From Candidatus Hydrogenedentota bacterium (GTDB lineage: Bacteria; Hydrogenedentota; Hydrogenedentia; Hydrogenedentales; SLHB01), in NCBI GenBank assembly GCA_029974275.1, contig JARKSN010000035.1, forward strand, positions 1 through 63,488: DNA of 63,488 nt, in the 5' to 3' direction. Position numbers and translations under genes: made by a program. The notes under the pieces were generated by a model that was not told the origin of the DNA, did not search any database, and worked only from the letters and a program-made list of their open reading frames with translations. How positions within the stretch are numbered: position 1 is the stretch's first letter; the number at the start of each line of letters is the position of its first letter. Shown here piece after piece: positions 1-8,400 of this stretch.

Positions 1-2
1 AG

Positions 3-707
3 CAAGAGCAACTCATTAAGTTCGCCATCGAACGTGTCGCGGGGCGCGTGCCGGTCATTGCGGGCACGGGGTCGAACAACACAAAAGAGGCCCTGCGCCT
101 CACCCAGTTCGCCAAGGACGCGGGCGCCGACGCGGCGCTTCTCATCACGCCGTATTACAACAAGCCGACCGCCGAGGGCCAGATCGCGCATTACACAACC
201 ATCGCCGAGAAGGTCGATATCCCAGTCATCCTGTACAACGTTCCGGGGCGTACGGGCACGAATATCCTGCCGGAAACCGTTGCGGCGTTGTCGAAGGTGA
301 AGAATATCGTGGCCATCAAGGAAGCCTCGGGCAGCGTGGACCAGACCTCGCAGATACGCAGTCTGTGCGATATCACGGTGATGTCGGGCGACGATAGCTT
401 GACGCTGCCGTTGATGGCCGTTGGCGCGACGGGCATTGTTTCGGTGGCGGCGAACGTCGTTCCCGCGAAGATGGCCAAGCTGTGTGCTGAATTCGACAGG
501 GGCAACCTAACCGAAGCGCGGAAGCTTCACTTTGAACTAATGCCGCTGTTCAAGGCGTTGTTCATCGAGACGAACCCGATGCCGGTCAAGGCGGCGCTCG
601 CGCGCATGGGCCTGATCGAGAACGTCTTGCGCTTGCCGCTCACGCCGATGCAGCCAAGCAAATTCGCGCAGCTCGAGGCAGTGTTGAAGAAAATGGGATT
701 GGTGTAA
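3..707 (+). CDS. dapA: 4-hydroxy-tetrahydrodipicolinate synthase (5'-truncated by window edge)
   Basis: Frame open from base 3; motifs PVIAGTGSNNT, TPYYNKP, LYNVPGRT, IKEASG, FIETNPMPVK; precedes dapB. Confidence 0.97.
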   Translation, partial: QEQLIKFAIERVAGRVPVIAGTGSNNTKEALRLTQFAKDAGADAALLITPYYNKPTAEGQIAHYTTIAEKVDIPVILYNVPGRTGTNILPETVAALSKVKNIVAIKEASGSVDQTSQIRSLCDITVMSGDDSLTLPLMAVGATGIVSVAANVVPAKMAKLCAEFDRGNLTEARKLHFELMPLFKALFIETNPMPVKAALARMGLIENVLRLPLTPMQPSKFAQLEAVLKKMGLV

Positions 708-723
708 GACGCCGAAGTAAGAC

Positions 724-779
724 CTGGGGAAACCTTTCTGTAGAAAGGGTTTCCCCAGACCTCTTCCTAAAGACTTTTG
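724..779. repeat. REP-like intergenic palindrome
   Basis: CTGGGGAAACCTTTCT (724-739) pairs with AGAAAGGGTTTCCCCAG (742-758) with one bulge, followed by ACCTCTTCCTAAAGACTTTT. Confidence 0.7.
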
Positions 780-812
780 AGTGCCGCTCGTGCGGCGTGC
801 GGAGTGACTATC

Positions 813-1610
813 ATGAAGATTTGTATGGCGGGTGCGTGTGGGCGGATGGGCCGGCGCATTCTGGAACTCGCGGCGGGGGAAAGCGACATCGAGGTGGGCG
901 GCGCCTTCGACGTTCCCGCGATGGCCGGAACCGAAGTGGTCTACGGCATGGAGTCGGGCAACGCGAACAAGATTCTCGTGTCGGACAACGCGGCGGCGGA
1001 GATCGCGAAGGCCGATGCCATGATTGATTTCACCGCGCCGGTGGCGTGCATGGCAAATGTCCGCCTCGCGACCGAAGCAGGCAAGCCGTCGATTATCGGC
1101 ACGACGGGTCTGACGCCCGAGCAACGCGCCGAGATCGGCGAGATGGCGAGGCGCGTGCCTATTGTCCTCGCGCCGAACATGAGCGTCGGCGTCAACCTGC
1201 TATTCAAGCTCACGGCTCAAGTTGCGGCGATCCTTGGCCTCGACTACAACGTCGAGATTGTAGAAGTTCACCACAACCAGAAAAAAGACAGTCCCAGCGG
1301 CACCGCCGTGCGTTTGGCGGAATGCGCTGCCGAAGCCCTCGGCCTCGACTATGCGAAAGACGCCGTGCATGGCCGTGAAGGCATGGTGGGCGCGCGGCCC
1401 ATGCGTGAGATCGGCATGCATGCCGTGCGCGGCGGCGACGTTGTCGGCGAGCACACCGTGGCGTTCATTGGCAAAGGCGAACGCGTCGAACTCGTCCACA
1501 AAGCCCACAATCGCGACAATTTCGCGTGCGGTGCGCTTATCGCCGCGCGATTTGCCGTGAAGGCCCGCCCGGGTTTGTACGATATGCAGGATGTGCTCGG
1601 ACTGAGATAG
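813..1610 (+). CDS. dapB: 4-hydroxy-tetrahydrodipicolinate reductase
   Basis: GACGRMG, IDFT, IGTTG, APNMSVGVN, EVHHNQKKDSPSGTA, RGGDVVGEH; ATG 813 after GGAG. Confidence 0.97.
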   Translation: MKICMAGACGRMGRRILELAAGESDIEVGGAFDVPAMAGTEVVYGMESGNANKILVSDNAAAEIAKADAMIDFTAPVACMANVRLATEAGKPSIIGTTGLTPEQRAEIGEMARRVPIVLAPNMSVGVNLLFKLTAQVAAILGLDYNVEIVEVHHNQKKDSPSGTAVRLAECAAEALGLDYAKDAVHGREGMVGARPMREIGMHAVRGGDVVGEHTVAFIGKGERVELVHKAHNRDNFACGALIAARFAVKARPGLYDMQDVLGLR

Positions 1611-1704
1611 TTCAGGTATTCGAACGCCGCGTCGCGGGCCGTCCAATGCGCTGTTTGCCGGCGCTGGCGTATACTGCGCCGATGTTTTGAAGAGGATGGT
1701 TCCC

Positions 1705-2421
1705 ATGAAGCGCTTGGTGTCGGTGGTCGTTCCGTTTTACAACGAGGAGGCGAATGTTGCGCCGTTGGCGCGGAAAGTCGCTGAGACGTTGGATGCGTTG
1801 CCGGAATATGAGTACGAATGCATTTTCGTAAACGATGGAAGTTTGGACGGCACGCGCGCCGCGTTGGAGAAGGCGGCGGCGGCGAATCCGCGCGTCCGTC
1901 CGGTGCATTTGAAGCGCAACCGGGGGCAGTCGGCGGCGTTGGTGGCGGGGATGCGCGCGGCGAAGGGCGAGTGCATTCTCACGCTGGATGGCGATTTGCA
2001 GAATGATCCCTGCGATTTTCCGAACATGTTGTCATTGCTGCAGCAGTACGATTGCGTCTGCGGCTATCGCGCCAAACGCAACGACACGTGGTTTCGGCGT
2101 CTGTCAAGCCGCGTCGCGAACCGCGTGCGCAATGCGATCCTGCATGATGGCATTCGCGATTCCGGGTGTGGTTCGAAAGGATTCCGGCGTTGCTGCGTTG
2201 AGCATATTGTGCCGTTCAATGGCGCGCATCGCTTTTTCGCTGTCATGGTGCGCTGCGCTGGATTGACGATAGCCGAGTGTCCGGTGACCCATCATCCGCG
2301 TGTCCACGGCGTTTCCAAGTACGGTCTACATAATCGCCTCTGGCGCGGGATGTATGATCTTATTGGCGTGGGTTGGCTGCGTCGTCGCTATGTCACGTAC
2401 GAGATAGAGTCGGAGGAGTAG
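1705..2421 (+). CDS. GT2 glycosyltransferase, polyprenyl-phosphate sugar synthase-like
   Basis: VVPFYNEE, VNDGSLDGT, RNRGQSAAL, LDGDLQNDP, DSGCG, HHPRVHGVSKY; AGAGGA RBS. Confidence 0.9.
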   Translation: MKRLVSVVVPFYNEEANVAPLARKVAETLDALPEYEYECIFVNDGSLDGTRAALEKAAAANPRVRPVHLKRNRGQSAALVAGMRAAKGECILTLDGDLQNDPCDFPNMLSLLQQYDCVCGYRAKRNDTWFRRLSSRVANRVRNAILHDGIRDSGCGSKGFRRCCVEHIVPFNGAHRFFAVMVRCAGLTIAECPVTHHPRVHGVSKYGLHNRLWRGMYDLIGVGWLRRRYVTYEIESEE

Positions 2422-2430
2422 CCCGTGTCC

Positions 2431-3117
2431 ATGGTAATGTCCCTTGTCGCTTTTCCGATCTGGAAAATGGTTGGCGTGATAGGCGGCGTCTTGTTTTACG
2501 GGCGTTTCTATGTGCAATGGATTGCCTCGGAAATGCGCAGGCGGAGCGTTGTTCCCGTGGCGTTTTGGTACATGAGCAGCGCTGGTTCGTTAATGCTTCT
2601 TGCGTGGGCGGTGGTGTCGCAGTCCCCGTTGGGCGCTTTGGGGCAGAGCGTCAATATCGTCATCTACTCGCGCAACCTAGTTCACATCTGGCGCGAGCGG
2701 GGCGCGTTGTCGCGCGCGGCGCACCGGGCGATTCATGCGTTGGTCGCGGTGATTACGCTGGCGTCGGTGTGCCTTGTCGTTCTCACGTGGCAGCGCGAGG
2801 TCGTCGATCCAAAGGGCGGCGCGCATGAACACGCGCGGACGTGGTTCTGGCTTGGGGTAGGGCTGGCGGGACAGCTCCTGTTTGCGCTGCGTTTTCTTGT
2901 GCAGTGGATTGCCACCGAGCGTAAGCGGAAAAGCGTTATTCCTCCGGTGTTTTGGCATCTCAGCGTGTGGGCGGCATTGCTTCAAGGCGCAACGTTTTTT
3001 CAACGGCATGAATGGGTCTTCGCTTTTGGGATGACCGCGACGCTCCTCATCTATGTGCGCAATTTGTGGCTTATCCATGTGCATCCGGAACGCGCTGAGC
3101 CATCGGACGCAGACTGA
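2431..3117 (+). CDS. Membrane protein with two lipid-A-disaccharide-synthase N-terminal (LAB_N) domains
   Basis: Two repeats FYGRFYVQWIASE..SVVPVAFW and FALRFLVQWIATE..SVIPPVFW; follows the GT2; start uncertain (2425/2431/2437). Confidence 0.85.
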   Translation: MVMSLVAFPIWKMVGVIGGVLFYGRFYVQWIASEMRRRSVVPVAFWYMSSAGSLMLLAWAVVSQSPLGALGQSVNIVIYSRNLVHIWRERGALSRAAHRAIHALVAVITLASVCLVVLTWQREVVDPKGGAHEHARTWFWLGVGLAGQLLFALRFLVQWIATERKRKSVIPPVFWHLSVWAALLQGATFFQRHEWVFAFGMTATLLIYVRNLWLIHVHPERAEPSDAD

Positions 3118-3154
3118 ACTTTCGCTTGCGGGACGTGACGGAGGGAGCGCTTTG

Positions 3155-3919
3155 TCATGGCGTCGCGTTTTTTGGGGAAGGCGTTTTTTTTGTCGCGATC
3201 GCGAAAATGGATGTTCCAAAAGGAAGGGTCGTTCGTCGCAGCAGGCGCTGTTCCAGGGTCAAGATGCGTTGAAAGAACGTCGAAAAGCGTTCGCCGGATG
3301 CGTTATCGAGGTCGGAAGTTCGTCGGTCGCTTCGACGGCGCCAGAGGCGCGTCAGCGCAATCGGTGGAAACAGCGTCGCGTTCCAGTGCGTGAGGCGCCG
3401 CGGGGCGAGTCCTGCATTGCGGAGCAGGCGGTTGATTTGGGTGCGCGTGAAGCGGCGGTCGGTGTGGACGGCGGCATCGTGTGACGACCACAGCCATTGG
3501 TATGCGGGCAGGTTAAGGAACAGCACGCCGCCAGGGCGGAGGACGCGCGCCAATTCATTTACGGCAAGGCGTTTGTCGGGAATTGATCGGTTGCAAATCA
3601 CGTCGCAGGACAAGACAAGATCAAAGCTTTCTTCGCTAAAGGGCAGCGCGTCGATGCTCGCGACGGCGGTCCGCGCCAGGCCTCGTTCGCGGCAGAGGCG
3701 CACGGCTTCCGGCGCGAAGTCAACGCCGAACGCCGTTCCCTTTCCGGAGAGCATCGCGAGGTTTGCGCCCGTGCCGCACCCGGCGTCGAGCAGTCGCACG
3801 GGCTGTCCTTGTTTCGGCGCATAGGTGTCCCAGAACATCCGGACGATGTCGCGTAGCGCGACATACCACCAGTGCTGGTCTTCGACGCGGCGCATGATCG
3901 CATATTCGTCGATGTTCAC
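3155..3919 (-). CDS. Class I SAM-dependent methyltransferase
   Basis: EDQHWWY, LLDAGCGTG, LPFSEESFD, RVLRPGG, PAYQWLWSSHD; family common near cell-surface glycosylation genes. Confidence 0.9.
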   Translation of the reverse strand: MNIDEYAIMRRVEDQHWWYVALRDIVRMFWDTYAPKQGQPVRLLDAGCGTGANLAMLSGKGTAFGVDFAPEAVRLCRERGLARTAVASIDALPFSEESFDLVLSCDVICNRSIPDKRLAVNELARVLRPGGVLFLNLPAYQWLWSSHDAAVHTDRRFTRTQINRLLRNAGLAPRRLTHWNATLFPPIALTRLWRRRSDRRTSDLDNASGERFSTFFQRILTLEQRLLRRTTLPFGTSIFAIATKKTPSPKNATP

Positions 3920-4066
3920 GCGGTTTTTTCCAGGGGCTTCAGAAAACAGTTACATTTTCGATTCTCCCGGCGCGTTGCATGATGGGAGAATCGCGTTTCC
4001 GGGCACGTTTCGAATCGCGCATGCAAGCCGTCAGGGCGGCATTGCATGCGCGGAAAGCTGAACGGT

Positions 4067-4174
4067 TCTAGAGCATTTTCGCTAATTATGCCTACGCCAT
4101 GCACGATCAAGAAACCCTGGCGAAAATGCTCTCGCAAGACGGACCGTAGGCATAAAAAGTTAAACTGCTCTAGA
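4067..4174. mobile_element. MITE/RIME-like palindromic element
   Basis: Terminal inverted repeats TCTAGAGCA (4067-4075) / TGCTCTAGA (4166-4174); internal inverted repeats TTATGCCTACG / CGTAGGCATAA; lower GC than flanks. Confidence 0.65.
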
Positions 4175-5477
4175 CTTCCCAGCCGGGCCGTCGGGCGTAG
4201 GCCAATTGGCGATTGGCCTGTTCGTCTCCTATGAATCGCTCCGTTGCCGGGTCCCAGATCAGCTTGCGTTTGAGTTGGGTGGCAATGCCGGCCAGGAGCA
4301 CGAGGCTCATGGAGCGATGGGCGGTTTCGGCGTCGCAGACGGGGCGCTTGCGCGTGCGGACGCATTCGAGGAAGTTGCCCGCGTGGCTTTTGCTAAGGTA
4401 GGCGCGCGTATCGCTTGGCTTGAGTTGCGCATTCAAAATGGCCGGCGGGTCTGCGGCGATGTGCTCGCGATCAACGGCGACATAGCCGTCTGTGCCGACG
4501 TAGCGGGCTCCTCCGACGCGGCCCACGCCCCCGGCGGGATGCGCACAGCCGTGAACGGTTACGCCGTTTGAGAAGCGCAGCACGGCGTGATTGTTCTCGT
4601 AGGAAACCTCGAAGGGGCCTCGGCAGTCTTCCTCGAGAAGCCATTGCACGACATCGTAGTGATGCGGTCCCCAGTTGGGGTCGCCGTATGCGAACACGCC
4701 GCAGTTGGCGTTTCCGCCCGTGTAGGGCCGCCATGGCCCGGGGCCGACGTAGGCGTCCCAGTCGAAATCTTCGGGGACGGGGATGCCCGGGGCGTCCAGG
4801 CTTTGTAGATTTGCGGCGAAACCGCCTCCGGGACTGTAGGCGTAGATTTCCTTCAGTTTTCCGATATACCCGTTTCGCACCAGTTCGTATGCGCGTCGGA
4901 ATTTTCCGTCGTATTCGGATCGTTGTTGCGTCCCGGATTGGTAGATGCGTCCGTAGCGCTTGACAGTGTCTGCCAGAATGCGTCCTTCTTCGATGGTGAT
5001 GGCGGCGGGTTTTTCGCTGTATACGTCTTTGCCGGCTTTGGCAGCCATAATGGCCATGGGCGCGTGCCAGTGGTAGGGCAGCGCCATGAGGACCGCGTCC
5101 ACGTCCGGCCGGGCAATCAGATCGCGGAAATCGCGATACGCTTCGCAAGAAATGTACGATCCGGTGTTGGCGCGTTGGGCATAATGCTGATTGACGCGCT
5201 CTTTTGCGGTCTCGCGTTTGCCGCGCCAGAGGTCGCATACGCCCAGGACTTGGATATCGTCGCGGCCCAGATAACCGCCTGTTACGTAGGTCCAAGCGCC
5301 GCCGAACAAATGGCCGGAGCCTTGGCCTCCTAAACCGATAAAGCCCATGGTGATGCGATCGCTGGGGGGCGTCATGCCCGACCGTCCCAGGGCGCTTGCG
5401 GGAAGGATCATGGGGCCCACGGATGTCGCCAAGGCGGCTTTTAGGAATCCGCGCCGGGAGAGGGATGTTTTTTTCAT
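4170..5477 (-). CDS. Tat-exported Gfo/Idh/MocA oxidoreductase
   Basis: Twin-arginine SRRGFLK, GFIGLGGQG, DVYSEKP, QSGTQQRS; ATG 5477 after AGGAG, just after the upstream gene's stop. Confidence 0.93.
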   Translation of the reverse strand: MKKTSLSRRGFLKAALATSVGPMILPASALGRSGMTPPSDRITMGFIGLGGQGSGHLFGGAWTYVTGGYLGRDDIQVLGVCDLWRGKRETAKERVNQHYAQRANTGSYISCEAYRDFRDLIARPDVDAVLMALPYHWHAPMAIMAAKAGKDVYSEKPAAITIEEGRILADTVKRYGRIYQSGTQQRSEYDGKFRRAYELVRNGYIGKLKEIYAYSPGGGFAANLQSLDAPGIPVPEDFDWDAYVGPGPWRPYTGGNANCGVFAYGDPNWGPHHYDVVQWLLEEDCRGPFEVSYENNHAVLRFSNGVTVHGCAHPAGGVGRVGGARYVGTDGYVAVDREHIAADPPAILNAQLKPSDTRAYLSKSHAGNFLECVRTRKRPVCDAETAHRSMSLVLLAGIATQLKRKLIWDPATERFIGDEQANRQLAYARRPGWEV

Positions 5478-5479
5478 GG

Positions 5480-8400
5480 TTATTGGCTCCTTCGCTGCAG
5501 GAAGAGGTGAACGCCCTTTTTGTTCGATGTCGCTACGTCGAGCAGTCCGTCTTCGTCGAAATCGCAGACCTCGAATTGGGTTCCCACGCCGGAATCGGCG
5601 TCGATCTCGTGCATTTGATAGGTGACTTTGCCCGGTTCGGGCCGTTGCAATTCGAACCAGCACAGGATGGCGGGTTCGTGGCAGCCTGGGTCGTGGCCGC
5701 AATGCGCGTAATAGCGTTTTCCGGTGACCAAATCCTGCAAGCCGTCGTTGTTGATGTCGGCCAGGATCAGGGCGTGGGTTTGGGATATTCCCTTGTGGAT
5801 TTCATGCTGTTCGAAGGTTATGGCTCCGTTTTCTTGGCGTTGCTCAAACCACCACACGCCGTATTCATGGGCGGAACTGGTGATGATGTCGTTGTCGCCG
5901 TCGCCGTCGACGTCGTAGACGATCATGTTGGCGCAGGCTGGTCCCAGTTTGGCTTCGCGGAATGCCCAATCCGGGCGGGCGCGATCTTGGGGCGCTTGCC
6001 ACCAGCCTTCGGTGGAGATGATGTCGATGCGTCCGTCGCTGTTCACGTCGCCCATGCCAAGGCCGTGACCGAACTGTGCGAACGATTCCAACGAGTGCGA
6101 TATGGGGAATGGCAGCCACGGCGCCGTCTTGTCTTGCGCTGGCCGGAACCAGGTGACGCGGCTGTTTGTTGCGAACACGGGCACGGGCTTTCCATCTCCC
6201 AACAAGTCGCCATACAGCGGCGTTTCGCCGGCAGCGGAGGTGGCCAGCAGATATTCCTGCCAATGACCGCCTCCTTCTCCTGGATTGCGAAGCCAGTGCG
6301 CGGGAGCTCCCGGAAATCCGATGATGATCGAGTCGGGCCAGCCGTCTTCGTCCACATCCGTTGTGAAGTTCGCGAAGCATTTGCTGTAGCCGGTGTTGGG
6401 ATCATACACCTTGGCGGGACGAATCTCGTGAAGCTTCCATTCTGGCGCTTCGTACCACACGTCTCCCGCCAAGATGTCGTTGTTTCCATCCCGATTGATG
6501 TCCGCAACGGCCACGCCTTCCGAGCGGAATTGCCGATCGATGGCGATGCGTTCGAAACGCACTTGGTTGCCGGGCGCAGGGACAGCCGCCAGGGCTTTTT
6601 TGACGTCGTTCGCCGCATGCATGGCGTTGCGGGAAACGCCAGCCGCTCGCGCTCTTGCCAATACGGCGGGCAGGGCGGCGCGCACTTCCTCGGGGCGGCT
6701 GGAGAGGAGGGGCTTGGCAATCTGGCCCCAGGCCAGGACGGCCTCCTCCACTACGTCATCCGATGCCAGGTGATGTTCGACGGCCTTTAGCGCGTCGATT
6801 GTGGGGCAGGCTCCCAGAGCGCCCAGGAATAGTTTTTTTTCTTCTGGACGATCGGCCACGGCCAGGGCGCGCAGCAGGGAGGTTTCGCGGGTCGCTTCGT
6901 CAATGTCCGGGTTGTTCGTGGCCAGTCGCGCGATGCCCCGGAACGTCAGCACGCGGTGGGTAAGGTCGTTTGTCGTGTCCAGCAGCGCCACGAGACGCGG
7001 CAGGGCCTGCGGGTTTTCCGATTCTGCCAGGGATCGGATGGCGGCGTCTTGGATCTCGGCGTTTGCATCGGCTGTAGCGTTGTCGAGCGCGTGCAGGAAT
7101 TCCGGGTTTGGCAGGATCGCGCAGAGGTCCAGCAGTGCGCAATGAAGTTTCAAGTCATCTTTCTTCAGTGCGGCTAAAACGGCATCGACGAACGGAGGCG
7201 GCGTGTCGATGCGTTTTCCAAGCATGCCGAGGGCGCGTTTTGCGCTGGCGCGTTCTGTGTCGTTTTCGGCGCGTTCTATCGCGTGGCAGAGCAGCTCCGC
7301 ATCCTTGGCTTCGCCGACTTCGGCCAATGCTTGGGCCGCTGCCATGCGGACGCTCGCCTCGTGGCTTCGAAGCAATTGGCGCAAAGCCGATCCGACGCCC
7401 TTGTCCTTGCGGAGCCCCAAGACCTTCGCGATCACGACGGTTTCGGCGGCATCGGCCATTTTCAGGCGGTTCAATAGCGCCGCCGCCGTTTTGGGGTCGT
7501 CAATTTGGGTCAAGGCCTGAAGCGCCGCGGCGCGATGGGCATCGTCGGCGTGGGCCGCCGTTTTGACGAGCGCGGGCGCCGTCGAGGCGTCGCCGATCAA
7601 TGCCAGGGCTTGGATGGCCGGCCCGGCGATGGCGGGTTCGGGATCGGAGAGCAGCGGAACCAGGGAAGATGCAGCGCCCTTGTCGCCGCGTTGCGCCATG
7701 GCTTCGATAAGTCCCGGCAAAACGGCTCTTGGCGCGCGTCCCAACAGTTCGGCGCTTGTCTGCGTGACGCGCGTTCCCGGGATTTCGCGCACGGTCGATA
7801 GGGCGACGCCCCACAAGTTCGGATCGTCGCCCGACAGGGCCGCCGAGATGAGTTCCGGCGCTTTTCCGCCGCTTGTGCAGACCATGCCGCGATACGCCGC
7901 GGCCTTTGTCTGTTCCGGGCCTTCTTCGTTGAACAGCCACGTGTAGAGCGCATACGCGGATTTGCTGTCGCGGGGTGCGAGTTTCTCGGCGCACGATAGC
8001 AACGCGTCCATGGCGACGATTCGAAGGCGCCCGGACGATTCGCGCGTCGCTGTTTTCAGCGCGGCAATGGCATCGGAACTTCCGATGCGGCCCAGAGCCA
8101 GCGCCGCCGACGTCGCGATGAGGGGGTCTTCGTCTCGCAGGAGAGGCGTTAGCAGGGGGATGTGCTGGACGTCGCGCGTTGTTCCCAGGGATTCGATAAT
8201 GCCTGCCTTGATCGCGCCGGCGGTTCGCCCCAGTGCGTCGCGCAGGGCCGCTTTGGCCTCTGGATACGACATGGAGGCCAAGGCCAGCCGCGCTGCGTGC
8301 GACAGTTGCTCGTCGTCCAAATAAGAGGCTAGGAGCGGAACGCTTTCGAGGGTTCCCATGTGCGCCAAATCCTCACATGCTCTTTCCTTGCCCGGGGCGG

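Noticed and set aside
5396..6790. 464-aa plus-strand ORF with VAVDV-like repeats
   Set aside because: Antisense reading of the FG-GAP/VCBS repeats
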